DNA from: Eledone cirrhosa
Lineage: Eukaryota
Length of the DNA: 64,000 bases
Assembly (NCBI GenBank): GCA_964016885.1
Contig: OZ024741.1
Span: 388,678,001 to 388,742,000 of the forward strand
Direction: 5' to 3'
In this document: one piece after another, positions 24,448 through 37,798 of the stretch
How positions within the stretch are numbered: position 1 is the stretch's first letter
How the letters are laid out: the number at the start of each line of letters is the position of its first letter
Notes under the pieces: generated by a model
What the model was told of the DNA's origin: nothing
Seen by the model: the letters and a program-made list of their open reading frames with translations, nothing else
Database searches by the model: none
Made by a program: the position numbers and the translations under genes

Positions 24448-24645
24448 GGGCGGTGGATTGGCAGTATCGGTAGAGGGTTGGACGCCATGCTTTGACGCAT
24501 AGAGTTACGGCCCTTGCCATTTTGAGTTCAAAACCCGCCGAGGTTAACTTTGTATTTCATCCTTATGGGGTCGATAAAATAAAGTACCAGTAATACACTG
24601 GAATAATTGCTGGCCTTGTGCCAAAAGTAGAAACAATTATTCTAC
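24448..24645 (+). mobile_element. tRNA-derived SINE, family 1 (Nin/Deu-like core)
   Basis: Box A/B-like TGGCAGTATCGG and GAGTTCAAAACC; core CATCCTTATGGGGTCGATAAAATAAAGTACC; TSD TAATGTATA at 24439-24447 and 24646-24654. Confidence 0.8.
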
Positions 24646-24859
24646 TAATGTATAATGCTCTTGTGTTTTTGTCCGTCACACAAAGGGAGATAACTCATCT
24701 ATGTTTGCGTATATAAATATAAATACATACATATACATAAACATATGCATTATACAAAATAATTGTTTCTATTTTAGGCACAAGGCCTGCAATTACCCCA
24801 GTGTACCTATAATGTATACTATATGTGTACTTTAGCCTGTGTTCATGGGGAGGCAGGTC

Positions 24860-27015
24860 TTCTATATTACTGTATAGCGCCAGTGATCTCGGTCCTGTGT
24901 CATCGAGAGGTGCAATTGTGCAAGGTCAGCTTTTATCAACTCCTCCCAAGTCTTCCTAGTTCTTCCCACCCTACAGATTCCATTGAATTTGAGTGCTCTG
25001 CACCTTTTTATACAGCTGTTATCCTTCATATACATCACATGTCCATACCAACGCAATTTCCTCTCCTGCACACTGCATCTGATTCCTCTGCTCTCAGATT
25101 GTTTATGCTTTGCTGTTCACATATATTACTATTACACATCCATTGGTGCATGCAAGCTTCATTTCTTTCTAATCTTTGCAAGTCCTCTACACAGAGTGCC
25201 CAGGTCTCACTACCATGCAACATTGCTGTTCGTATGCATCATACAGTCTGCCTTTCAGTGGTAGTAGCTCCCTGAACTTCTTCCATCCCAACTTCTTCCA
25301 GAACACCCTCCTCCTCTGCTAATTTGGTCATCCAGGTAGCAGAAGCTGTCTGCTGCTTCTACCGAACCTTCACAGAATTTGATAGTGCTTATTTCCTGTG
25401 TCATTTGCTGCTTACTGTCCCAGTGCAACAACTACATGTAAAGCCTACATTTTTAGCTAAAATTCCTGGGACCCCACTACATCTCATGTGTACCCATAGT
25501 TTGCATTTGGGACAAAGGATGGAATTTCTACCTACACCTTTCCTACACATTGAGCAAGGTCATTCCCCCAAGTTGATCGGGGCTCTGTTTTCCCTTCTAG
25601 TTACTAGGACCTTAGTCTTTGTTGGGTTGACTTTAAGACTCTTTGATTCTAGGCCATGCTTCAAGGTTTGGAATTTCTTCTTTGGAATTTGCCATAGATT
25701 CAGCTATGAGTGTAAGATCATCTTCGTACAGAAGTTCCCATGGGCAGCTAGTCTTATACTCCTCTGTTATAGACTGTAGTACAATAATAAACAGACGAGA
25801 GCTAAAAGCAGAGCCCTGGTGGACACCAGACTGCACACTAAATTCCTCGCTATAGTCGTTGTTAATCCTGATTTTGCTGACTGCTCCCCTATACATGCCC
25901 TGAACAACCTTCACAAGCCATTCATCTACTCCTAATTGTCTAAGAGCCTACCAGATTATGGCAAGGGGTCCCTGTCAAAAGCTTTCTCCAGATCAACAAA
26001 TGCCAGGTAGAGCAGCTTACTTTTAGCTAGGTACTTCTCCTGCAGCTGCTTCACAAAAAAAGGGAGCATTCGTGGTGCTTTTGCCTGGCACAATCCAAAC
26101 TACATCTCATTTAGATTAACCCAGTCCCTAATCAGTTGTGCTATAACTCTTTCTGTTACTTTAATGACTTGGTTCATCAACTTGATGCCTCTATAGTTTT
26201 CTCTATCTAGTGCATCTTCTTTACCCTTCTTGCAATTGACAATTATGCTGCTGCACTAGTCATTTGCTATGACACCATTTAGTATTACTTGGTTTACAAT
26301 ATGAGTGGTTATGGTGTAACCCACTGACCTAGATACTTTCAGCATATCGGCAACTATCCCTTATGGACCGGCTGCTTTTCCAGTCTTCATTGCCTTTCTT
26401 ACTACACTGCTGCTGATTTGTATGGCTGGGCCCTCTGTTGAGTCCCCTTGCATTCTCCTCATTCAGTAATCTTTCATAATGGCTCTTCCATGCTACTTCT
26501 TTCTCGGCATCTGTGAGGGCAAGTGCACCTTTATCATCCTGGACACACTTCTCACCAATGACATCACAATTTTCTCTGATGCTCTCCCTTGCAATCCTGA
26601 ACACTTCATATTTATGGTCTTCCCACTGCAAAACATACTTGAATTTTTTTATCTTCAGCTTCTCTCCTTGCAAAGTATACTTGTTACCTAGCTTCCCTCC
26701 TGGCCTCTACGTAATGTACCCTGTTTCCTCCATTCTTCCATTTTTTCCACAGCTGTCTCTTGGCCTTAATTGTCACATCTACTTTATTGTTCCACCACCA
26801 AATCACTCCTTTTCTCTGTAGCCCTGCTCCACCCACAGATCTCGTCTGTCACCTTCAGTAGATTATCTTTCAGGAACTGTCAATTCTCTTCTATATTGAA
26901 TGTCTCTATCTGTTCTTTACCATCATAGGCGTTGAGCAAAATATCTCTAAATTTGTTACTGGCTGAGAGCTCTTTCAACTTCCATATCCTTCTCCTCCAG
27001 GTTGACCTCTGTCTC
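24860..27015 (-). mobile_element. Decayed RTE-clade LINE (RT region)
   Basis: Fragments GVHQGSAFS, LLYEDD, MLHGSETWAL and RKLRWYGHV. Confidence 0.85.
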
Positions 27016-27044
27016 CATGTTTGTCAAGCTCTAATAATACTTAT

Positions 27045-27242
27045 GAAATGAAATACCAATATACACAACTATAGAGTACATTGTATATATACCAAATGAA
27101 ATACTAATATACTGATCTATAGTGTACACTGTGAATATATATCAAATGAAATATCAATATACTCAACTATAGTGTATATTGTATATATATCAAATGAAAT
27201 ACCGATATACCGAACTATAGTGTGTGTATATACTCAACTATA
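27045..27242. repeat. Minisatellite of about 48 bp, about 4 copies
   Basis: Recurring AAATGAAATACCAATATAC...ACTATAGTGTACATTGTATATATA. Confidence 0.75.
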
Positions 27243-28087
27243 CAGACGATCATGAATTACCAGTTTCTAAAAAACGCTGCTGCTTCAGACTTAATCCTAT
27301 TTATTACTATGCAGTTATTGAAGTTTGAAAAGCTTGCCCATTTCAATATAGTGCCCAGGTGTAAAATTACCACATGACAATACATAATGGGGGTGGAATT
27401 GAAGAGACTTGGGGTTGTAATGGGAGGAATGTGACCCTGGTCCCTGAGAACCACTGTAATCATCATCATTGTGACCAGAGTCAAACATTCTTGACAAAGT
27501 CTCTCCACAATTCATGATTTTCCATTGCTCCTGTCAATTGCTCCCTAAGGTTTATAGCATCTGAGAGCTGATCGATGAACGTTCAAGTAAGTCATCCTCT
27601 ACTGTGTCTCCCGTGAGTTAGTTCCTACAACAGTAGCTTATATATAACTTCCTGCTCACTTCTCCAGCAATGTTCTGCAAATTATAACCATCTTTGAGCA
27701 ATTGTAGTTGTTATCTTGGGCAAATTTCTGTATAAACTTTCATTTGTAATACATTGATGCTAGTTTATGTTTTGTACAACCCTAAGTATTTTAGTGTATG
27801 CACCTTCTAGTTTTTTCTCAAGTGCTGTATTAGAATGAGTTAATATTCAAAAGGGTGAAATTTGGGCTGCAGGGAAAGTGATAATATCAGCAACAATTAA
27901 GAGGAGAGTTCATGGAAGAGTTCCATAAGTTTAATTGCTTTGTACACAGTATTTGAACTTATTGTACTGCACTGTTCCAGAAACTCTCTTAGTATTTAGA
28001 AGCTTTAGCACAAATATAAATAAAGTCCTTAGTTCTTTAAGCAACGGTACACATCAGAATTACTCCATGGTGAAACAATAAGAAGGG

Positions 28088-28735
28088 CAACAACAATAAC
28101 AATAACAACAACACCAGAAGCAACATCAACAACAGCAGCAACAATAACAACAGCAGCAACAATAACAACAGCAGCAACAACAGCAGCAACAATAACAACA
28201 GCAGCAACAACAGCAGAGAAACAGCAGCAACAACAGCAGCAGCAATAGCAGCAGCAATAGCAGCAACAACAGCAGCAGCAAGAGCAGCAACAACAACAAC
28301 AGCAGCAGCAACAATAACAACAGCAGCAGCAATAGCAATAACAACAACAGCAGCAACAACAGCAACATCAACAACAGCAGGAACAACAACAGGAACAACA
28401 ACAACAGCAGCATGAGCAACAATAGCAACAACAATTACAACAGCAGCAGCCACAATAACAGCAGCAGCATTAATAACACCACCACCAACAACAGTAACAA
28501 CAGCAACAGCAACAGCAGCAACAATAACAACAGCAGCAACAGTAACAACAACAACAGCAACAGTGGCAACAACAACATCAACAACAGCAGCAACAGTAAC
28601 AACAACAGCAGCAACAGTAACAACAACAACAGCAGCAGCAGCAACAATAACAACAACAGCAACAGTAACAACAGCAGCGACAGTAACAACAACAACAACA
28701 ACAACAACGGCAGCAACAACGACAGTAACAACAGT

Positions 28736-28766
<31 letters not shown>

Positions 28767-28840
28767 GTAACAACAACAACAACAACAGCAGCAACAACAG
28801 TAACAACAGCAAAGACAGTAACAACAACGACAACAACATT

Positions 28841-28871
<31 letters not shown>

Positions 28872-28945
28872 GTAACAACAACAACAACAACAGCAGCAGC
28901 AACAGTAACAACAGCAAAGACAGTAACAACAACGACAACAACAGT

Positions 28946-28976
<31 letters not shown>

Positions 28977-29110
28977 GTAACAACAACAACAACAACAGCA
29001 GCAGCAACAGTAACAACAGCAAAGACAGTAACAACAACGACAACAACAGTAACAACAACAACAACAATAACAGAAACAACAGCAACGACAGTAACAACAG
29101 TAACAACAGT

Positions 29111-29141
<31 letters not shown>

Positions 29142-29360
29142 GCAGCAACAACAGTAACAACAGCAACGACAGTAACAACAGTAACAACATCGACAACGAC
29201 AACAACAGTAACAACAACAACAACAGCAGCAGCAACAGTAACAACAGCAAAGACAGTAACAACAACGACAACAACAGTAACAACAACAACAACAACAGCA
29301 GCAGCAGCAGCAACAGTAACAACAGAAAAGACAGTAACAACAACGACAACAACAGCAGCT
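28088..29360. repeat. 1.3-kb degenerate (AAC/AGC/AGT) trinucleotide array with higher-order units
   Basis: Direct reading; the block ...AGCAAAGACAGTAACAACAACGAC... recurs several times. Confidence 0.9.
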
Positions 29361-30913
29361 GTAATACTACAAGAAGATAACTTAATATAACCAGATGTTT
29401 GTTCTGAAGTTACTTTGTCTAGATAAGTAAGGTTAATACGATTTTCATTTTATATGTCAAATGTATTTATATTTAGATAAAGTATCAACTTGCTTACACT
29501 TCATGTCATTATTTCATCTCCATTTTGTGTTCTCTGATCAAATATGTGTAAAGAAAATATGAAGACCTTATTGATTCAGCCTTTGAAGGTGGAGGAGGGG
29601 GAGAAGGGGGGGGGGGGGGGGTTAACAAGACCCCAGATCTTATTTGCTTATCGAGTTGGGTGGACCTCATCAAATCAGACACAAAGAAACAATGTTTTTA
29701 TTGGTCTTTCCATTTCTGGTACTATCTACCAGTCACAATTCCAGGCAGAAGGAGCAATGTGAAATAAAGTGTTTTGCTGAAGAACATAACTCATGATTGT
29801 GAATCAATTTCTCTAACCACTAAGCCACGGATATTCATAACTTCCCTAAATTAAAAATATATGTAGTTATTTGATTTTTAAGTAGCTAAATGAGTCATAA
29901 AAATCTAAGTGAGAGGGCATGGGGAAGATTTAAGAAATAGAGTTTATAGAAAATTGTCTTGAATACAATCCTTGTAAAAGAGTGCCCACCCAGAATATTC
30001 TGAAGTCCTCATGCCCAACACCACATCATGATCATATTGTATAATTTACCCTTCCCTGACACGCCACTATGAACAACATCATTAGAAGGAGTTTTGGTGC
30101 AGCTGGTTTCCCATCATAATTGGTGCTGGCTGGTCTTGACTGTCTTCACATTTGAGGGAGGCAAATCCCTAATTCAGAATGTGATGTGCTGCAACTTGTT
30201 GTTTCAACCACAAACCTGGGCTACGCTGCTCATTTCCTTTTTTTTGTTCCCTTTAATAGTGTGTTGTGTTTTTGTATAAACAACTACTCTTAGAATTTAT
30301 TCTATCATAAAATATTACTCAGAAGTATTAATAAAATGTTATTTACTTTATATTGTTACAATACCTAAAACAAAAAGAAACACGGAGTTTGGTAAAAAAA
30401 AGATTTGAGCATTGGATAAATTCTAAAATAATATACAGTGTATAAAACTAAGATGAACTGGAAATTGAAACAGAACTGGAATATTCATAAAACAGATAAG
30501 TGAATATTTATTATATCAGCTATAGCAGCTGCTAGTGATTAGTCAGATCCTGTTAAAATCTTCAGCTAAATCCTGTAAAAATTTACAAGAAAATATCTAA
30601 AAAGAAATGTTTGTTAATTCAAATATTTATGTATTTTACCTGTGAACAGATAGTTGTGAAAATGTTTAATATGGTGCAGTCATGGTGCTGTTTTGTACTT
30701 TTCAAGAATATCATGTGGTACAAGGTTTCATGTGATACAGGGTGTTAAGATAACACAGAATTAAGATAAAAAAAGAAAAAATCCATTTGATTTTATATGA
30801 TGAATAAATAAATCCATTTATTTATTCTGGGATGAATTTATTTATACGAGTAATTCTGATGAATTCAGAATTTGAGGATGCTTCTGGATTACTATTGTGA
30901 AGAAGAAGAAAAT

Positions 30914-31426
30914 TACCTATACACTCACATATAAGCCGAGAAATATGTGACAAAAACTCAATGGTAAAATGGAGGGTCGGTTTATATTCAAGGTCAATAT
31001 TTTGCCAATTTTCTCCAACTTAAAAATTCTATGTAAATGGTGTGCTAAAATATCTTCGTTTTAAAGGTAAATATTAAACTGGTTTCATTTTAGAAGTGAA
31101 TATTAAACTGGTTTCACTTTCATCATGAAAGTCGTATTTCCTATTGTTTTTTATATAATTTAAATGAATATGGCTTTCAAAAGAGTCATACATTTGGTAA
31201 AAAATCATTACATAATGAAATTGTGAAACAAAAACTTAACACTTAAAACATTTTAAGTATCACAATATTAAAACTTCATGTGAATTTCAAAACTGCACCA
31301 TCTAGATATAATGTGTTGATTACCTGCCTCGGCCTATAAATGGGGTTTGGATGTTAGCCCATTTCTCAAATATAAAATAGGTGTTAGCTTATATTCGGAT
31401 CGGGTTACATTTGAGTATATATGTTA
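30914..31426. mobile_element. pogo/Tigger-like non-autonomous DNA transposon (MITE)
   Basis: Degenerate inverted ends TACCTATACACTCACATATAAGCCG / CGGGTTACATTTGAGTATATATGTTA with TA at the boundaries. Confidence 0.5.
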
Positions 31427-31787
31427 TGTATGAAAGTATAACATTGTGAGGTTTACATGCAAGTTTATCGTGAGGTTTACATTTCAAGTTTCAAGAAAAA
31501 AAAATCAATAAGATTATTCGCTGTGCATGACCTCTAGGCTTTCAGGTATTTTAAGCCCCTTCTGCCACTTCAATGTTTCATTCCACTACAGCAAAGCTTA
31601 AAGAAAATGATAGGCTCCTAGATTTCACCAGTTTCAGCACTCAATGCCAACATGGATGGGCCTGCTTGCTGATGTGGTATTCCACATTTGGTATTGTACC
31701 ATAGTCGGATCCTTCAGTGATAAGGATAATAATAAAGAGCAGGAGTGAAGTATTAGCAATTAAGGAATTAAGTATCAATTAAGTAAA

Positions 31788-32177
31788 GGCACATGGCTTA
31801 GTGGTTAGAGCATTGGCCTTGCAATCGAAAGGTTGTGAGTTCAATTCTCAGACAGAGTGATGTGCTGTTTCCTTGAGCAAAACACTTTATTTCACATTGC
31901 TCCAGTTTATTCACCTGTAGAAATGAGATGATGGGACTGGGGTCCATATCATTCCACTGTAAAGTGGTCATGGAGCTACCATGGCAAAAAAAGCACCCAG
32001 CCCACACTGTAAAGTGGTCGTGGAGGTGCCACGGAAAAAAGCACCCAGCACTCACTGTAAATAAGGTTGGTGTTAGGAAAGGCATCCAGCTGTAGAAATC
32101 AAGCCAGAATCAGTTCCTGTCCCACCCTTGCAAGCAGGGAAAAGCGGACGTAAAATGATGATGATGATGATGATGAT
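31788..32177 (+). mobile_element. tRNA-derived SINE, family 2, with an RTE-type 3' end and (GAT)n tail
   Basis: TGGCTTAGTGG and GAGTTCAATTC boxes; the 3' CCCTTGCAAGCAGGGAAAAGCGGACGTAAAATGATG is shared with RTE ends. Confidence 0.8.
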
Positions 32178-32439
32178 AAGGAATCCATCAGTCTGATGCT
32201 CTATCGGTTCCAATCAATACCGATCATACCTCAAGCTGATCAATCACAAAACATGTATCACATGTGAATAAACATGATGTTATGTTGATACATCATTCCT
32301 GCTAATCATTATTATTATTATTTGAAATTTCCTTTGAATTCTGCTTCTTTCCCAAACCATGCAGGTGCCATCCCAACACCTGAGGCAACATTTGATAGTA
32401 CATATATTTCACAATCAATTGTCATAAATGATGCTACAA

Positions 32440-32755
32440 GAGCACAAACATCAGTATAAGAGGGATAAGTTGTGGTGTGCAGGAGAGAAGGCTGAGATGG
32501 TATGGATATGTGATGCGCATGGAGGATGACCAATGGGTGAAGAAGTGCCAGGAAGTCCCAGTGGAGGGAAGATGCAGTAGAGGAAGACCACGAAAAACAT
32601 GGGTGGAGGTGGTGAGAGCAGACTTCAGATCGCTGAAACTTACGGAGGAGATGACAAAGGATCGTGATGGGTGGAGAGATGCTGTGCTGAATAGGACCCG
32701 TCCAACCCTTGCAAGCAGGGAAAAGCAGAACGTATGATGATGATGATGATGATGA
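32440..32755 (+). mobile_element. RTE LINE 3' end
   Basis: ERRLRWYGYV...RGRPRKTW; (GAT)n tail. Confidence 0.85.
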
Positions 32756-32850
32756 ATGCCCTTCTCAGGACATGGACAGTACTAGTCTGTACTATTTTCT
32801 GTATCTCTTGCAGAGATGGCTTTCCAGGTATCTGGTCCAAATATATCATC
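32756..32850 (-). mobile_element. Short Dong/R4-like C-terminal fragment
   Basis: IPGKPSLQEIQKIVQTSTVHVLRRA resembles the LQKACLLGTARTLR terminus of the Dong ORF. Confidence 0.5.
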
Positions 32851-33504
32851 AAGAATGAAACAGTTTTAGTCCTCTAGAATTTTTTTCTATTATAAAATAA
32901 AAACTGGGTTTCTACAGGTTCATCTACCCAATTTCCCTCAGAAGACATTGGTCAACCCAAAAGCTATAGCAGAAGACACTTGCCCAAGGTGCCAAGGAGT
33001 GTGACTGAAACTGAAATATTATTGTTGTTGTGAAGCAAATTTCTAAACTACACAGCCAAGCTTGTGCCTATATTATTAATCTTTTTCCTACAAAATTTTA
33101 TGGGTTATCTTTTGCTGCTCCAGACAACCATCAATTTCCTTGAATTTTAGATCTTAACATATTCAAAGTTTAGATCTATAAAGAGCACCTAAAATTTCAC
33201 AAGCAGCTTAATAATTTCCATAACAAAAGAAAATTTATAAAAACAACATCTTAGATTAAATCTTATTTTATCTCTTCCCATATTTCCTAATGTTATTTAC
33301 AGTTAAATTAAGCAGATTGTAGAACATTTCTACTATAATCTTCACATTTAGATATGAAAAGATTAAACATGAGAAAAAAAATAGCAAAAGTAATTTAATT
33401 TATGTTCGAAACATGAAGGAAAGTTAATTTAACTCGTTAAACACCAACCCACCCGAAACACCTCTAACAGAATGTTCACAATTACAGAATACATAATATT
33501 GAAT

Positions 33505-34195
33505 TTCATCATCATCGTCGTCATTGTTTTTCTGTCTGTTTTTCCATACTTGCATGGGTTGACAGGTCCTTTTCAGCACAGTATCTCTCCACATGTCGCA
33601 ATCCTTTGTCATCTTGTCTGTGAGTTTCAGATATTTCAGGTCAGCTCTCACCACCTCTGCATGGGTCTTCCTTGGTCTACTTCTTGTGTGACTTCCTTTC
33701 ACACGAATTTCTTGGCACTTCTTCACCCAGTGATCACCATCCATGTGTATCACATATCTGTACCAACACAGTCTTCTCTCTTGCACACTACTTCTGGTTC
33801 CTCTTATACACAGTTTTTCTCTCAATTCAACCAAGCTTTGATTTTCTCTTACATTGCACATCCATTGAAGTATGCTTGCTTCATTTCTCTCCAGCCTGTG
33901 CATACCCTCTGCAGTCACTACATAAGTTTCAGAGCCACACAGTATAGCACTTCACACACAGGCGTCATACAGCTGGCCTGTCATTTGGAGGGAGAAACCT
34001 TTAATTGTCAACAGAGGTAATAGTTCCTTAAACTTCTTCCATCTTATCCTTATTCTAGCTACTATGCTCTCAGAGCACCCTCCTCCACTGTAAATCACCA
34101 TGATAGCAGAAGCTATCAACCACTTCTATGGATCCTTCCTGGAAAGATTTATATTGTCTTTGTCAATTAACCCGGAACATCTTCTACATACAAAG
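33505..34195 (-). mobile_element. 5'-truncated RTE LINE
   Basis: LERNEASILQWMC...RRLCWYRYV...RPRKT; (GAT)n tail at the left end. Confidence 0.82.
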
Positions 34196-34520
34196 TCTTC
34201 AGTAATTAAATATTAGTCTTTTATTATTAAGTTGAAAGCTAATTATTTCTCTAAGCCTCTCATAGTTATTGATTATTTTGATGATTAAAACACAGAGGCT
34301 GTATATTCTAATTAGAAATATGGTCATAAAAGGGTTAAATAATGAGATTCTTTAAAATAGAAACATACAGTGACATCTTATAAATAAATGAATACTCTTT
34401 TACTACCAACAATTCTGCAATGAACTGGTACACATTATTCTGTAAATCTGAGGTAAACCACAGTAGTTGCTTCATTTGAGCAGAAAACAAAAGGCTGCCA
34501 ATGAAATTTTAAACATGATT

Positions 34521-34745
34521 TAGGATGGTTGATTGGCAGAATTGGTAGAGCATCGGATAAAACGTCATTGTAGTATTTGTTCTGGATCTTTCCATTCTTA
34601 GTTCAAATCCCACTGAGATCAACTTTGCCTTTCCTCCTTCCAGGGTCAATAGAATAAAGTACCAGTCAAGTACTAGGGTTGATCTAATTAACTTTGTCCT
34701 TCACCCACATTTGCTGGCCTTGTGCCTAAATCATAAATTAATTAC
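34521..34745 (+). mobile_element. SINE family 1 copy
   Basis: Homologous to 24448-24645; TSD AAACATGATT. Confidence 0.75.
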
Positions 34746-35760
34746 AAACATGATTCATTGTCAAATACTTTGCTTCTATTATGAACCATGAGGTCAAATT
34801 TACTTTGAAAGTAATTTCAAAACTTTGAACATAAAAAAGGTAATAAAAATAATATTTGATCAATTTCAAACAAGACTTGAAAATAGATGTATTGCTTACA
34901 TGTCTATACATATATGGATGACTTAACAGTTTACCATGTCAGCTTTACACAACATCAGTAACATGTTCAGAATTGAACAGTATGTGACGGGACTGATCAT
35001 TTTACCATTGGATGTACTACTTAATAATAATTAATAGAACTTTAAACACTTTTCTTTTAATTCATGTAAAGCTTTCAAGACATAAGTAAGTAAATCCCAA
35101 ATATACCTTGATTCTCAAATTCACAAGAGAAAACTAAACCATTTTTCAGTGAAAATATTACAATCTATGAAATTATATGAAATCTGAAGATTCTTTTATT
35201 CCTTCACCATAGAAACTATTGATTTAACAAAGTCAAATAGTTTGCACAGTGGAGTCAGATATCCTTGAAGTGTGTACATTCCTTATGTCAGTGGGTTTTG
35301 ATTCTCTGCCAAAATTTCATGTCAGTCAATAAGAGACTCTTCATACAAGACCTTTCATTTTATTTATTTAATCAGTTACAGATGTAATTGCACACATTAT
35401 CAACTGTTTATTTGAGTGTCCAACGACCATAGACCTTGTGAAGTAATATCACTTATAACAAATAATCAATAGTTTATATTATTGGCCATTGACATGAGCT
35501 GAAAGCTTTTAGTCTTGCACTTCTAAGTTAGTACAAATAGACAGACAAAACAGAATAAAAAACGGAGAAGTATTTGGTTAAAATTATATCTTTTCTGCCA
35601 CGACTGCGTTTAATATTCAAAAAATTAAACTCTCAAAGATGTTGAGAATAAGAAAGTTTGAAATAAAACTGATAAAGAAGAAAAACAATTAATTTTGTAG
35701 TTTTGGCCAATGTTTTTGTTGTAGTTACATCATTACAGTTGCATTATCATTGTAATATTA

Positions 35761-35983
35761 TGGCAGTGGATGGGCAGAATCGGTAGAGCATCAGACAAAA
35801 TGCTTCGTGGCATATAGTTACAGTTTTTTATGTCTGAGTTCAAATCCCACTGAGGTTAGCTTTGCTTTTCATCTTTATGGGGTTGATAAAATAAAGTACC
35901 AGGAATGCACTGGGGGTGATTTAATCGATTTTCCCCCTCCCCAAAGATTGTTAGGCTCATGCCTAAATCAGAAACAATTATTA
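35761..35983 (+). mobile_element. SINE family 1 copy
   Basis: Homologous to 24448-24645; TSD TTGTAATATTA. Confidence 0.78.
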
Positions 35984-36970
35984 TTGTAATATTAGGAAGA
36001 CAACTGATAATATGACATTTCATAGTAAATGGTTGAGTGTTTCATTCTATATTGTTTGAAATCTCTATCACAGAACACCAACACTCCAGTCCAATAACAC
36101 CACTTTATTATTTTTCATACAGGCAGCTTAACTGGAATAATAAATGCCAAAGCCATTTCATAGTGGGTCTGATAAAGGACATTGAGCTGTACAAATATAT
36201 TTATCTCCTGTGCACATAATATATGAAAAAGACATTTTTTAATGTTAACCAAATTTAAGTGAATGGGCATGGTTTAATGGTTAAGGTATTGGGCTCACAA
36301 TCATCATACATTGTGTCCTTAAGCAAGGCATTCTATTTCAACAGTTGAGAGTTAACTTTGTGACAGACTAGTGTATTGTCCAGAAGGTCTTGTACTCTCT
36401 CTCAGTTGCTTCATGCTACATGAAACCAGGATAAACTCCAGTCTGATAAACTCCAGCCTCTAAGCTTAATAAAACTTCAATTTAAAAAGCACAGAGTAAT
36501 TTAAGCTTAATTCTCTTGCAAAAGCAAATAGTAACATTAAGCAACTAGGCATACATACTCAATTACATGTCACTATAAACAATGTTGGAATTTCCATCAA
36601 ATAACTGTTGATTCAAGACAACACACTCATGGAAGTCTCTAGCTAAAGACATTTCACTCCACTCATCATCATCATTGTACATCCCTTATTCTACTCTTGA
36701 ATTTGTTGGATGGGTTCTTCTCAGTACAGCATCTCTCCACTTGTCATCTGCTCCGGGAGCTTTAATGATCTTAGATCAGCTCTCACCACTTCCACCTAGG
36801 TCTCTCTTGGTCTTCAGTGGCTTCCTTCCACTGGGATTATTTGGCACTTCTTCACTCCACTGATATTACAAATCCTTTGTGGCAATGCAGGATCTCACAA
36901 CATTCTAATTTTCCATTACCCCAAAGTTTACTTCTCTTCTCTGTAAATGAGAAGTAAATAAACAAATAAA

Positions 36971-37004
<34 letters not shown>

Positions 37005-37008
<4 letters not shown>

Positions 37009-37345
37009 TCATCATCATCATCATCATCAGCGTTTAACGTCCGTGTTCCACGCTTGCATGGGTTTGGACGGGGGTAGTCCCACTTGAGGCAAGAGTGATT
37101 GTCTTGCTCGCATAGGACTGTCTGGCAGGTTTTCTACAGTTGGATGCCCTTCCTAACACCAACCACATTTACAGTGTGGGTCTGGGAGGTTTTTACCGTG
37201 TTGCCTACACGGCCACATTACAGCGTGGACTGTGTGTTTTTTTGTCGTGACACCTACACGATCTCATTTGTTTCGGCCTCGATGGCGCGGCACCAACATA
37301 ACTTTACATAGAACGGGGTGGTGTGGATCGGGTGGGGGTATCCCG
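37005..37345 (-). mobile_element. RTE 3'UTR fragment
   Basis: Close match to 62603-62930, which is the 3'UTR of the RTE ORF ending at 62980. Confidence 0.8.
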
Positions 37346-37404
37346 GGTTCAATCGGGGGTAACCACAGTAAGTAAGGTACTCAATACAAAGCAGAGTATA
37401 AATG

Positions 37405-37699
37405 TTTAATATAGAAAAGCTTCTACAGGACTAGAACTGTTTCATTCGTGAGAAATCATCAGGAAGCTGACTGTGCAAGTAAATATGGTGGTATTTATAT
37501 CTGCCTTTGTCACTCTGATTATAAATTATAGCTTTAATGAATTATCTTTTAAAGAACTCCCTTTTCTTTAAACCCATCAACCAATTACCTCCCCCCTTCC
37601 CAATCCCCACCCTCTCCTACCACCAGAAAAGATATAAATACTACCATATTCATTTCTCATGAATGAAACAGTTCTAGTCCTGTAGAAGCTTTTGTATAT

Positions 37700-37703
<4 letters not shown>
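37405..37703. repeat. Inverted repeat element with hammerhead-containing arms (Penelope pLTR/retrozyme-like)
   Basis: 37405-37502 is the reverse complement of 37630-37703 apart from a deletion of about 24 nt in the right arm. Confidence 0.75.
37418..37468 (-). ncRNA. Type I hammerhead ribozyme
   Basis: Minus strand: agcttc CTGATGA tttctcacgaat GAAA cag ttctagtc ctg TA gaagct. Stem I has 6 bp, stem III is ACAG/CTGT, and the cleavage triplet is GUA. Confidence 0.8.

Positions 37704-37796
<93 letters not shown>
37704..37796. repeat. (TA)n microsatellite
   Basis: Direct reading. Confidence 0.95.

Positions 37797-37798
<2 letters not shown>

Noticed and set aside
24448-24540. tRNA genes at SINE heads (also 31788, 35761, 41100)
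   Set aside because: Box A/B are present but there is no full cloverleaf, and they continue into SINE bodies, several with TSDs.
27257-27515. Possible host exon ORFs (also 56807-57177)
   Set aside because: No recognisable domain or convincing splice-site pair.
28037-29390. Long poly-Asn/poly-Thr/poly-Leu ORFs
   Set aside because: These are by-products of a trinucleotide array open in most frames, with no domain or splice support.
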